From a virus (Duplodnaviria; Caudoviricetes), in the IMG/VR virus record IMGVR_UViG_2974736276_000001, positions 111,775-175,774 of that record: DNA of 64,000 nucleotides; one strand, given 5' to 3'. Position 1 is the first letter of the stretch, and each line of letters begins with the position of its first letter. Positions 26,882-36,253 of the stretch are shown one piece after another. The position numbers and the translations under genes were made by a program. The notes below the pieces were generated by a model. The model was not told the DNA's origin and ran no database searches. It saw only the letters and a list, made by a program, of their open reading frames with translations.

Positions 26882-27211
26882 TTAGCTAGCGAGTTGAACC
26901 AGATGCTCAACTTTAACACCGTTAACTGAAATTAGTTTATCGATGCTGAATCCACGCCAAGATTCAAGTTCGGTATCAAACACTGGAACCATATCTACAG
27001 CTTCTTTACGAGCTTTTTTCGGGTTAACATAGTTCTCATATTCGGATTCACCAATGACTTCAGAGATAATATCTTTGTCGCGAGTACCTTTCAGTACACG
27101 AACAGTACCGTCAGCTTTTTCGAATACGATAGTAGTTGTACCATGAGACAGCTTAGTTTTCAGCAGTTCACGAATAGATACTTTTTGGGTTTCAGTTAAT
27201 TTAAGAGTCAT
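26882..27211 (-). CDS. 31.1: gp31.1 SH3 beta-barrel protein
   Basis: FEKADGT.R...GTRD...PVFD.E...WRGF. Confidence 0.9.
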   Translation of the reverse strand: MTLKLTETQKVSIRELLKTKLSHGTTTIVFEKADGTVRVLKGTRDKDIISEVIGESEYENYVNPKKARKEAVDMVPVFDTELESWRGFSIDKLISVNGVKVEHLVQLAS

Positions 27212-27246
27212 AATTTATACCTTTAGTTAGTTTAGAAAGTTGATAA

Positions 27247-27816
27247 TTACTCAACACCGCAGAAATTATCAATGTTATGCCAGTTTAATTTATTCAATGA
27301 ATTCTTAGACACATTGAATACCTCAACACCGGAATTCTTTAGAATTTCGTCCCAGCCGGGAACATTACGATCGTATGTTTCACAGTAAACCAATTTCTTA
27401 ATACCAGACTGAGCAATTGCTTTAGCACAATCAGGACATGGAGAAAGAGTTACATACATCGTGGCACCTTCAATAGAAGAGCCTGTTCGAGCAGCGAACA
27501 AAATAGCATTTAGTTCAGCATGAATCTCGTTCTTTGCAGACCAAGCAGAGTGAGCAGCTCGATGTTCTGAAAGTAAACCTACCTTGGAAATCTGCAGTCC
27601 TTCTTGACGAAGACCAGTTCCAGTAGGTTTACGCTGTCCAATCCAACCTTGTTCAGCTGCATGGTCACAGCAGTTAACACCACCCGCTGGAGAACCATTA
27701 TAACCTGTGGAAATGATGCGACCATTTTTCTCAATGACTGCACCGACTTTCCAAGAGCAGCATTTTGATTCCTGAGAAATCAGATATGCAATCTGTAGAA
27801 ATGATGTCGCTTTCAT
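27247..27816 (-). CDS. cd: dCMP deaminase
   Basis: HAELNAI and SPCPDC zinc motifs. Confidence 0.97.
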   Translation of the reverse strand: MKATSFLQIAYLISQESKCCSWKVGAVIEKNGRIISTGYNGSPAGGVNCCDHAAEQGWIGQRKPTGTGLRQEGLQISKVGLLSEHRAAHSAWSAKNEIHAELNAILFAARTGSSIEGATMYVTLSPCPDCAKAIAQSGIKKLVYCETYDRNVPGWDEILKNSGVEVFNVSKNSLNKLNWHNIDNFCGVE

Positions 27817-28160
27817 TAAATCACCAAATAGGTTGTTCGTTTAGTAGATAACAATTTTAAACCATCAATTGGTTCAGCAATCGTCTGTGTAGTACCGATG
27901 TCAATAAAATGACCATCCGGGAATCGTTCTTTCTTGTCAGAGAACACCCAACCTGCGGAACGTTTACCTACTTCTACTGGATAAAGAGGACTTGATACAA
28001 GAATAGCATCATACTCTTCACCAGGAACCATGCATACAGCATGATCGCTTTCAAGAACTTCTTTCACACGAACCGCAGAATAATCAGTCATGAAACCGTG
28101 AATATCGAGTTTAACGATCTGAATTAATTTAGCTTTTAGTTCATTCATATTAAGCACCAT
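27816..28160 (-). CDS. Cd.1-like protein
   Basis: G.VF.D.K.RFPDG..I motif; synteny. Confidence 0.65.
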   Translation of the reverse strand: MVLNMNELKAKLIQIVKLDIHGFMTDYSAVRVKEVLESDHAVCMVPGEEYDAILVSSPLYPVEVGKRSAGWVFSDKKERFPDGHFIDIGTTQTIAEPIDGLKLLSTKRTTYLVI

Positions 28161-28377
28161 AGACAGAAATAGTTTCTATTTTACTTTCATTGTTCAGAAA
28201 AATAGAATATGATTCCTTTCCATTTGGTTTGTTGAGTGTAATAAGATAGTTCACTGGTCCTTCTTGTTTCAAAGAAAGAGACACACCAACAGTGTTAATC
28301 TTATCGATAAATGCCTGAGCAAATTCTCTAGCTTTAGTATGAAATTCGTCAGGAGTATAAGTCTTATCTGAAATCAT
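28150..28377 (-). CDS. Cd.2-like hypothetical protein
   Basis: EF....REFAQ..I.K; synteny. Confidence 0.55.
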   Translation of the reverse strand: MISDKTYTPDEFHTKAREFAQAFIDKINTVGVSLSLKQEGPVNYLITLNKPNGKESYSIFLNNESKIETISVYGA

Positions 28378-28691
28378 TCACCATCCTCTGCTGTATAGTC
28401 TAAGGCGTCCCAAACGATTCGAGAATAAATGTAAATCGGATCATCCGTTTCACCAGAAAGATTCATTTGAACCTTGCACTTAACTTCGTAGCTACTCGGT
28501 TCAACAGTTACGATAATATCATAACCTTGACATAAAGCAGTTAGAGCCTGATGAACTTCGTTGGTTACGTTATCTGTGAATTCTTCAAGACTTTCAAAAA
28601 GATGGTTGTAGAACACAGTACGAAGAACGAATTCAACTACTTCACGATTTGTCGGTGCTGCATCAACTAAAATACTAGTGGTCGTTTCCAT
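28374..28691 (-). CDS. hypothetical protein
   Basis: Coupled ORF in cd-pseT cluster. Confidence 0.55.
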   Translation of the reverse strand: METTTSILVDAAPTNREVVEFVLRTVFYNHLFESLEEFTDNVTNEVHQALTALCQGYDIIVTVEPSSYEVKCKVQMNLSGETDDPIYIYSRIVWDALDYTAEDGE

Positions 28692-28924
28692 TACTTTGTT
28701 TCCTCAAGATAGTTCATTAAGAATTCTTCTGCTTCTTCGATAGTAAACCACCCACCGTCTAAAGCATCTTCATTTTCATAATCACGCACATCAATACCGA
28801 CTACATTCGGATCTTCGCCCGGGAATACTATAAACAGGAATTCTTTCTTGCGCTCGATAAGAGCGCAGAGATCATAGATGGCTGTTAAGTCAGAAGTCGC
28901 CATGGTCAACCTGCCAGCATTCAA
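28691..28924 (-). CDS. hypothetical acidic protein
   Basis: ORF overlapping pseT end; start uncertain. Confidence 0.5.
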   Translation of the reverse strand: MNAGRLTMATSDLTAIYDLCALIERKKEFLFIVFPGEDPNVVGIDVRDYENEDALDGGWFTIEEAEEFLMNYLEETK

Positions 28925-29783
28925 TACCCAGACGACGCCACATTTCGACTACTTGATTACGGTCATCGACAGCCAAGACTACATCATAGTTTTCAACGAT
29001 TTCATTCCAGAAGATTTCTTCTTTAATAATATCATCTTTGCGTGAATCGCCTTGCTTACGCTGGAAGTGTGCATCGTAAGGAACACCGTTCTCTTTCAGC
29101 CAAGCTGCAGTCATATCATAGTAGCGAGTAGGTTCTTGTTTAGTACCAGACTCACGACCAGACACTGCCAAGATTTTGTAACCTTGCGCTTTATACAGCT
29201 TAGCTAATTGAACGACCATTTCATTTGGAACGTCTTCACCACACTTCTCTAAGTCATACGGAGAGCGATTAGCCATCTTAGCTAAGGTACCATCAAGGTC
29301 AAACACTACAGCCTGAGGACGCTTGTCGTAATCATCAGGATTGTACGGAGTGACTTCATAGTCCTTATACATACGGCGAAGAACATCAATTGGTACAGCT
29401 TTAGTTCCGCGGCGTTCATTACGTTTTACAAGTTCAGTCCATGGAACATGAAAGTCTTTACGACAGAACTTATAGCCGTTATCAATTGCAAAGTTATACC
29501 AAGTCTTGAACGTGATCGGATTCAAGTTGGTGTCTGCAATAATAACACCTTTAGTTCCTTCAAGTGCCATCAGACCAGCAGCAGTATTCATCTGTGCAAT
29601 TGAAACAGATTTCTCTTTCTGTTTAGAATAACGATATTCATCACGAGCATCATGACCAAACAACTTCTCGCGGAAATCATCACGAGAAACAATAAAATAG
29701 CCTGGGTTGGTTTTAACAAACTCATTTGCCCAGGTGCTTTTACCTGAGCCAGGACATCCGACAGTCACATACAATTCTTTCAT
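28890..29783 (-). CDS. pseT: polynucleotide 5'-kinase / 3'-phosphatase
   Basis: GCPGSGKST P-loop; FDLDGTLA HAD motif; VDDR.QVV.MWR. Confidence 0.97.
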   Translation of the reverse strand: MKELYVTVGCPGSGKSTWANEFVKTNPGYFIVSRDDFREKLFGHDARDEYRYSKQKEKSVSIAQMNTAAGLMALEGTKGVIIADTNLNPITFKTWYNFAIDNGYKFCRKDFHVPWTELVKRNERRGTKAVPIDVLRRMYKDYEVTPYNPDDYDKRPQAVVFDLDGTLAKMANRSPYDLEKCGEDVPNEMVVQLAKLYKAQGYKILAVSGRESGTKQEPTRYYDMTAAWLKENGVPYDAHFQRKQGDSRKDDIIKEEIFWNEIVENYDVVLAVDDRNQVVEMWRRLGIECWQVDHGDF

Positions 29784-29938
29784 TTCACCAGCCTTTTCAA
29801 ATAATTCTCAAATTTTTCTTTTGCTTCATTATACGCAACACCGCTTCCCCAATTTTCGGGTCTTTGCAAGAAACTATGATAAAGAACCTGAAGATCATCA
29901 GCCATTTCTTTGATCTTATTTGCTTGATGTTGCGTCAT
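29780..29938 (-). CDS. hypothetical protein (52 aa)
   Basis: Manual translation MTQHQANKIKEMADDL...RLVK, ATGA-coupled at both ends. Confidence 0.55.
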   Translation of the reverse strand: MTQHQANKIKEMADDLQVLYHSFLQRPENWGSGVAYNEAKEKFENYLKRLVK

Positions 29939-30666
29939 TTCACTAGTCCTTTAATAAGATCAGTGAATTCATTGCTGGTTTTAATATAAGTTGTTGAACC
30001 ACTAAAGCTCACAGGAATTAGAGCTTCATTAACAAGATCAATAATTTTTGCAGCAGTTTCTGGCGTCAAGAACTCTTCAGGGCCGTTATTATCTACTTCT
30101 TCATAGATGTCCAAGAAACCGTTAATTGAAGGAGCCTTATTAGTTTGATACACGATTTCTTCTGGCAAAATACATCCAGGCTTTAAGATTGCAAGTCGAA
30201 CAATATGACCATTTTTAACACTTAAAGGAATCACTTCAGGCTTTTTAGATTCGTCTTTAGAGTTAATACCATAGACAGCGAGCTTCCAAACGGTATTACG
30301 AACGAACAGATTTTTAACAACCGATGTACTAACGCTAAATTTACCGGTACGATTAGTACTGCGAAGTTTATATCGCTTATTGCAAATTGTTTCATTGATG
30401 AATTTGTCTTCCTGATTAAAGAGAAGATTCCATCGATCAATACTCATGAATTCAGTTGGAGGAAAATTAAAGCGTTTGCTTGAGCTAAAACCAGTATTAA
30501 CACATACTGATTCAATATAAGTGATACCATCATTACCTTTATAAGTTCCGGCAATTGAATAGCGATTAGTGGTGTCTTTCTTGTTTTTATCCAAGAAATC
30601 ACGGAAGGACTGAGATACTACTAATGCAGCAAGATTTGCAGTTTGACCTTTGAATACGTATTTCAT
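29935..30666 (-). CDS. hypothetical protein
   Basis: 243-aa ORF; N-terminus loosely similar to the adjacent 139-aa ORF. Confidence 0.65.
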   Translation of the reverse strand: MKYVFKGQTANLAALVVSQSFRDFLDKNKKDTTNRYSIAGTYKGNDGITYIESVCVNTGFSSSKRFNFPPTEFMSIDRWNLLFNQEDKFINETICNKRYKLRSTNRTGKFSVSTSVVKNLFVRNTVWKLAVYGINSKDESKKPEVIPLSVKNGHIVRLAILKPGCILPEEIVYQTNKAPSINGFLDIYEEVDNNGPEEFLTPETAAKIIDLVNEALIPVSFSGSTTYIKTSNEFTDLIKGLVK

Positions 30667-30668
30667 AA

Positions 30669-31088
30669 TTATTTTCTCATTCCAGTTTTCATGAAGTTAA
30701 TAAAAGATTTGCGAGTGTGATCAAATTCCTCTTGTTCATACCATGGCAAACGACTGCGAACTTTATAGACAATTTTATCATACTCTTCAAATCGACGAAT
30801 TAATTCTTCACGATCAGTTTTACCATCTTCACGAAAAAGCAAATACCAATCAGTTTCTGAAATATATCCGCCACCTGTGCAAAGATGATATTCCATATCA
30901 ATGGAACCACCAATGACCTTTACAACATTTATAGAAGTTTCACCATTAGGTGCATGATAAAATCCAGTAGGAATGTATTTGATCGCAGCTCCCGCGCCTT
31001 GGTGGGCAACTAGAAAATCATAGAATGCTTTATCTTTGATTTTACGGAGAACACTTTTACCCTGGAAGAAATATTCTTTATTCAGCAT
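30669..31088 (-). CDS. hypothetical protein
   Basis: 139-aa ORF. Confidence 0.6.
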   Translation of the reverse strand: MLNKEYFFQGKSVLRKIKDKAFYDFLVAHQGAGAAIKYIPTGFYHAPNGETSINVVKVIGGSIDMEYHLCTGGGYISETDWYLLFREDGKTDREELIRRFEEYDKIVYKVRSRLPWYEQEEFDHTRKSFINFMKTGMRK

Positions 31089-31132
31089 ATAATCACCATT
31101 AAAATTTATTCATCCCATGAGACCCGAAGGTC

Positions 31133-31429
31133 TCATTTTGCTTCTTTGACTTGACAAGTTGGTTCTTTCAGATTATTTCGATAATAGCATAAGACATCAT
31201 GAGTATCCTTTGTATAACGCTTTACGTCACCTAAGAAACCAGTAAAACCTTGAAACTGATTATAAGGCAGTCCAACGTATAGCGAACCATCAACATCAAT
31301 CACTTTCCAATCACCTTGGAAAGTCTGTACAGCATCAGGCCATGATGGGTCCAGGCGTTCAGCTTGTACTGGTGTTTTTTCTGCACTGCACCCAACTAAC
31401 AGGAGGCAGAGAGCTATCATTGCTTTCAT
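31133..31429 (-). CDS. pseT.2: o-spanin (Rz1-like lipoprotein)
   Basis: Lipobox LLVGC; PSWP; LCYYR..LKE..C. Confidence 0.9.
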   Translation of the reverse strand: MKAMIALCLLLVGCSAEKTPVQAERLDPSWPDAVQTFQGDWKVIDVDGSLYVGLPYNQFQGFTGFLGDVKRYTKDTHDVLCYYRNNLKEPTCQVKEAK

Positions 31430-31782
31430 TTTGTTGCCCCGCTGATATCAGATAACAATTGGTTAACAGTTGCATTGATTTGCTTTTCAGCTGCAGCTGT
31501 ATCTTTTTTAGCTTCAGGCTCAGACAGTTTTCCAACTTTATCTTTAAGTGCCTGAAGCTCTGCGCGATTATCTTTGCGATTACTGTCAAGTGTCTGTAAT
31601 CCTAAGACATCAGACTTTATGGACTTGAGTTCATTCGCTTGATTCGCGATTGTTTGTTGTTGGGCATCTACAGTGAGTTTCAATGAGTCAATCCTATTGG
31701 ACTGAACATACATATAACCACCTACACCCAGAACTAGAGCTAACACAATGTAGCTCATGTATTGATTTATGAATGCGAACAT
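31426..31782 (-). CDS. pseT.3: i-spanin (Rz-like)
   Basis: N-terminal TM helix plus coiled coil; adjacent to o-spanin. Confidence 0.88.
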   Translation of the reverse strand: MFAFINQYMSYIVLALVLGVGGYMYVQSNRIDSLKLTVDAQQQTIANQANELKSIKSDVLGLQTLDSNRKDNRAELQALKDKVGKLSEPEAKKDTAAAEKQINATVNQLLSDISGATK

Positions 31783-32276
31783 AGCTTAATGATTGTCTCT
31801 ACGATCGCGTCTTTTTCGATGCCGTTGATCAAAATATGACGCGGTGAATCAGAGTACGAAATGCGATAGCAAGTATCGACTTCTTCTGCTAACTCACTTG
31901 AGCTCATGGAAGCATGCATAATTCCAAGACGATGCTTTCCATAGATTGGGTCAACAGTGATGTACAACTTATGACCATTCAGATGAACGTTCGGCTGAGT
32001 CAAGTTAATGAACACATCAGCGTCATATTTCGCTAACTGATTTTCGAGATATTCCTTCATTTCGTTTACTGCTTCAGGCATTGCATCACGGCGAGCTTCT
32101 GTCACACGATCAGTGTAATCTTTTTGCTTACGACGTTTCTTTTGGTCTTTAGCAAAAGCAGTGCGAAGATCCGTAAGAAATCCTACAGTCTTTCCGCCGT
32201 TAAAGACACAGATGCCATCGTGACGATCGCCGTATTTCTCTACCAACATTTCGTTGGTGATAAGTTGCATATTCAT
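31767..32276 (-). CDS. alc: Alc, inhibitor of transcription on dC-containing DNA
   Basis: M..QLITNEM....YG..HDGI.VF.G; VFIN.TQPNVH. Confidence 0.92.
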   Translation of the reverse strand: MNMQLITNEMLVEKYGDRHDGICVFNGGKTVGFLTDLRTAFAKDQKKRRKQKDYTDRVTEARRDAMPEAVNEMKEYLENQLAKYDADVFINLTQPNVHLNGHKLYITVDPIYGKHRLGIMHASMSSSELAEEVDTCYRISYSDSPRHILINGIEKDAIVETIIKLCSHS

Positions 32277-32306
32277 GTTGTTCTCCTCAGTTTGGTTTAT
32301 GTAGCT

Positions 32307-32335
32307 ATACTAACACATCCTGAGGAGATGTAAAC
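32307..32335 (-). promoter_or_regulatory. early promoter for alc
   Basis: GTTTAC-17-TAGTAT. Confidence 0.8.
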
Positions 32336-32348
32336 AGTTTTATGAAAA

Positions 32349-33503
32349 TTATTCTTGGACTTCTACAACTTCTTTCTTGTACTCTTCAGGCACGTACACC
32401 TTGTAGTTGCGCATGAACACGTCTGCAAGATTATCTACTAGCGCGATAGAGTCAATGCCAGTAGCATAGGCTTTCATCAGAACACTGAACAAGAAAGGTG
32501 TTTTGCTCAAAGCTTGTTGACCATTAACTGCGTATGTCTTACGATCTTTACCTTTAAGTTCATTGTAAAGAGTGTTCAGACGCTCAATTGAAGTACGAAG
32601 ATAATCGAGATAAACACTTTCAAATGCTTGAATTTTGGCCAATGCCCATGTATCTTCTGCGAACAGAGAACGTAGATCATCAGAAGCACCAGTCACCACA
32701 GCCTCAAATAATGCTTCATTCTTAGTGATGGAATCTTTAGTACGATGCAGAGCAACATACCAATCAGTCTTCAACTTGAACTTCAGACCATCTTCCATTA
32801 CAAAGACATAACCTTCGATACCTTCAGTAGCACGAATATTCTCTACTGCCACTTCAGAATCCAGATTGTCATAAATCTTAACAAGATAAGGACGAAGTGC
32901 TGCATCTGCAAAAATATCGTTATAAGACACATACTCACCCGTATCGTTATGACGAATATTCAAGAGAATCAGAGCTTTCTTCTCGTATGGAAGAACAATT
33001 CGGTTATCTGGAGCAACGTATTCGAAGTTCAGAGTATAACCAGCTTTAGCTAATTCAAGAGCACGAGCTTGAAGAGCAGCATGATCAATATCATTCAAGA
33101 TTCCATTAGCTGCCAATGCTTGCTCAGAAGAAACAGAAGTCTTGGACTTCATGAACAGAACATCTTGATCAACAAAGGTAGACACTAAAGAACCGTCTGC
33201 TTTATCCATACCATAAGCTACTTTAGACAAGTCTAAATTCATGGTGAATGGAGTCTCATTCAGATTGAAGAATTTTTCCATCGGACGAGACATGATTCGT
33301 ACTGCATTACCGTCTTGGTCTACTTCAAATAAAATACCGCGGCACTCTAATGCACCTTCTTGAAGCCAGTCGCTATAAGAAGCATAGTTATAAGAAAACA
33401 CTCGAGCCTTAGTACCCATCAAAGTAGTAAAGTCACGATAAAAGAATTTGCTCTGATCGTTAGGATTTACGAGAGCCATTAATTGTGCAAATAATTCGTT
33501 CAT
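32349..33503 (-). CDS. rnlA: RNA ligase 1 / tail fibre attachment protein
   Basis: ECRGI; RPMEKFFNLNE; KADGSL; IEGYV; FKLKT.WY. Confidence 0.97.
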   Translation of the reverse strand: MNELFAQLMALVNPNDQSKFFYRDFTTLMGTKARVFSYNYASYSDWLQEGALECRGILFEVDQDGNAVRIMSRPMEKFFNLNETPFTMNLDLSKVAYGMDKADGSLVSTFVDQDVLFMKSKTSVSSEQALAANGILNDIDHAALQARALELAKAGYTLNFEYVAPDNRIVLPYEKKALILLNIRHNDTGEYVSYNDIFADAALRPYLVKIYDNLDSEVAVENIRATEGIEGYVFVMEDGLKFKLKTDWYVALHRTKDSITKNEALFEAVVTGASDDLRSLFAEDTWALAKIQAFESVYLDYLRTSIERLNTLYNELKGKDRKTYAVNGQQALSKTPFLFSVLMKAYATGIDSIALVDNLADVFMRNYKVYVPEEYKKEVVEVQE

Positions 33504-33727
33504 TATGCATCCTCTAATAATTTCACAGCTTGATTAATGAGCTCTTGCAACTTAAATAGCTCTTCTTTTTCTAGCAAAATACAGTTTTCTCCTGACTCAA
33601 TACCAGCACATAATCCAGACCGGGTAACCCAAACCTCAGTTGTTTTATTATATCGAGTTGGAAACGAATATGTGTATGTTCCAAATGATGGGTCAATTTC
33701 TGGGTCAGGAATCAATTTAATTTCCAT
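33503..33727 (-). CDS. hypothetical protein
   Basis: TAATG-coupled ORF. Confidence 0.55.
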   Translation of the reverse strand: MEIKLIPDPEIDPSFGTYTYSFPTRYNKTTEVWVTRSGLCAGIESGENCILLEKEELFKLQELINQAVKLLEDA

Positions 33728-33936
33728 TAAAACCTCATTACTTCAAGAGCACGTGTAATAGTAGCAATTAACTGAATCGCTTCATCTTTGTTAAGAGCAA
33801 TGATATCAGGATCGTCACCATCATTACAAGGCTGCTCAATCCACAGCATTTCAGGAACGGCTTCAATATTAGTATGTCCAAATTTCTCACTGCTAATGTT
33901 TTCGTTAAAGATTACTCGGGTCACTTGATAACTCAT
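33727..33936 (-). CDS. hypothetical protein
   Basis: Coupled ORF downstream of denA. Confidence 0.55.
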   Translation of the reverse strand: MSYQVTRVIFNENISSEKFGHTNIEAVPEMLWIEQPCNDGDDPDIIALNKDEAIQLIATITRALEVMRF

Positions 33937-34349
33937 TTCTTTTTCTCACGATAGTGTGTATTCCAAGGAGGATTGAACATCTTGATAAACATCGGCTCTT
34001 CAAGATCCATTGTCGGTACAGAGATAGTTCCTAACTCGTTGGTCATTGATAAATTAAAACACTGCCGGGCCCAGAAAGTAACTTTCTTTCCTTCATACAG
34101 TGCGTCGTGTATTCTTATAGATTTTGCTGAATCTGAAGTCTGGTCTTTACGATTGATAGACGTTCGATAGTAATTAATTCGCTTGCGCAAATTTTTAGTC
34201 TTACCGATGTACATCAACTTATCGTCTACTGCAATAGCGTAAACAACATTCTTCTTGTTAGGTACAGATACTAAATCTATATCTCCATTAGCATTTAACT
34301 CAAGAGTTGCATACTTGATAAATGAATATTCTTCTGAGAACTCTTTCAT
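33933..34349 (-). CDS. denA: Endonuclease II (GIY-YIG)
   Basis: NVVYAI...LMYIGKTKNLRKRINYYRT; FNPPWN. Confidence 0.95.
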   Translation of the reverse strand: MKEFSEEYSFIKYATLELNANGDIDLVSVPNKKNVVYAIAVDDKLMYIGKTKNLRKRINYYRTSINRKDQTSDSAKSIRIHDALYEGKKVTFWARQCFNLSMTNELGTISVPTMDLEEPMFIKMFNPPWNTHYREKKK

Positions 34350-34376
34350 ATGAAATAGGGGCCGAAGCCCCTTCCT

Positions 34377-35519
34377 TTAAAAATACTTTCTGAATGATAA
34401 ATGAATATCTTGATCGATATCATGGTCGATCTGAGAAATCAAGTAAGAGCTGATCTCAACTTCTTGCGGAGCAACCTGAACCATTTCACTGTTCAAGAAT
34501 TTACGCATGAATGGAAGTGGATGCTTCAAGGATTGACCTTTGAAAGGAGAATCCAGACCAGCTGATTGCATACGTGAATGAGTCAAATAGTCTACATAAG
34601 CATACATGTTTTTAGTATTTAAACCGCGAGGTTCACCAAGACTGAACAGATCATCAACCCATTCTTTTTCTTGTGCTGCAACATCGAGGAAAATCTGATT
34701 AGCTTCTTCTTGCAACTCTTGTGCAATCTTCTGCCACAGTTCACCTTCACCGCCATTTTGAATTTGGCGGATAATGTACTGAGTACCTTTAAGGTGCAGC
34801 TGTTCATCACGAGCAATCAGCTTCATGATTTTAACATTGCCTTCCATAATTCCATAAGACTCAAGGAAGTTAAAGGTACAAGCAAATGATACATAGAAGC
34901 GAATAGCTTCCAAAGCATTAACTACATGCATACACAGATAAAGCTTGCGCATTGCATCTTCTAAATGACCGTCTACATCTACATTAAAACGACCAGATTT
35001 GAAATGCTCTTTAGCGTTCTGATATTCACGAACTGAATCAATCAGATTATCATAATAATCAGAAATACTTGTAGCACGTTTCATGATTGCTGGGTTCAGA
35101 ACAATATCATCAAATTCTTTACTCGGGTCATCATACAGATTACGCATGATATGAGTATAACTGCGAGAGTGAATTGTTTCAGAGAAAGTCCAAGTCTGAA
35201 TCCAAGTTTCAAGTGAAACATCAGAACAAATTGCGCTGAATGCCAGACCAGGTGCACGACCTTGAATAGAATCAAGCAAACTTTGATATTTTAGGTTATT
35301 GGTAAATAGACGCTGTTCAAATGGCTGAAGCTTATCATACTGTGCACGATCAGCAGTAACGTTTACTTCTTCAGGACGCCAGAAGAATGAGAGTTGTTTT
35401 TCAGTTAGGTCTTCAAAGATTTTGTGTTTGTACACATCGAAGCGGGCAGTTCCGGTATCTTCGCCGAAGAACATTGGTTGAGCAGTAATATCAATTACGT
35501 TTTGGTTAAATACAGACAT
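34377..35519 (-). CDS. nrdB: class Ia ribonucleotide reductase beta subunit (no intron)
   Basis: FFWRPEE; ETIHSRSY; EAIRFYVSFA; RDEQLH; VAPQEVE. Confidence 0.97.
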   Translation of the reverse strand: MSVFNQNVIDITAQPMFFGEDTGTARFDVYKHKIFEDLTEKQLSFFWRPEEVNVTADRAQYDKLQPFEQRLFTNNLKYQSLLDSIQGRAPGLAFSAICSDVSLETWIQTWTFSETIHSRSYTHIMRNLYDDPSKEFDDIVLNPAIMKRATSISDYYDNLIDSVREYQNAKEHFKSGRFNVDVDGHLEDAMRKLYLCMHVVNALEAIRFYVSFACTFNFLESYGIMEGNVKIMKLIARDEQLHLKGTQYIIRQIQNGGEGELWQKIAQELQEEANQIFLDVAAQEKEWVDDLFSLGEPRGLNTKNMYAYVDYLTHSRMQSAGLDSPFKGQSLKHPLPFMRKFLNSEMVQVAPQEVEISSYLISQIDHDIDQDIHLSFRKYF

Positions 35520-35527
35520 TTTAATTC

Positions 35528-36253
35528 CTATTTTAATCTTCCGGGTTTCCAGCCTTCAGGAATTTCAGAAGATTTTAAGATTAGTTTAGAAGTGGTTGTA
35601 TTATTAACCCACATTTTTCCGGCATTATTATTTTTGACGTTTCGTTTTTCTATTGAACTAAAAACAAAATCATCCTTCCAAGACCATCTAAATTTATATG
35701 CATATTGGAATTTTCCGTCTGCACAATATTTTATATTTGATGCAGAGCCTTTAACTTCTTTAGCCGCTTCACTTATAGAGCTAAAAGATTTTATATAAGT
35801 TCCATCTAATGCATACATATGAATAGCTATGCATATCTTTTCTAAAGACTTTTTAGTTGAAGCAGAAATTCGAGCTTTGACATCTTCGCTATGAGGATTT
35901 TTACGACCAATCATAGGATGAGGATTGTCTTTCCAATAATTTTTAAAAAATTCTGAATTAGCCTTAGAAAACATTTTACGATGGTAAGAATAAAGCCTAT
36001 TGTTTACTCTATTGCCAGATTTATCAGTAGACATATACATTAAAGCAGATGCTAATTTAAAGTTTACTGGATAAATTTTACATAATAAAGCATGGGCTAC
36101 AAAATGTTCTCTAGCAGTAAAAGCTACTAAATTAGATTCATCATCGTTACCACCTAAACATCTTGGAACTATATGATGAATCTCTTTATAGCCTTCTGGT
36201 GGAAGGCACTTACGCTTTTCCACCAGAGAATCATAAATTTTACTATAATTCAT
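35528..36253 (-). mobile_element. free-standing HNH homing endonuclease (Mob family, mobE position) with NUMOD-like C-terminus
   Basis: EIHHIVPRCLGG.D..SNLV..TAREHF.AH.LL; F.SI.EAA NUMOD1/IENR-like segment; inserted between nrdA and nrdB. Confidence 0.9.
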
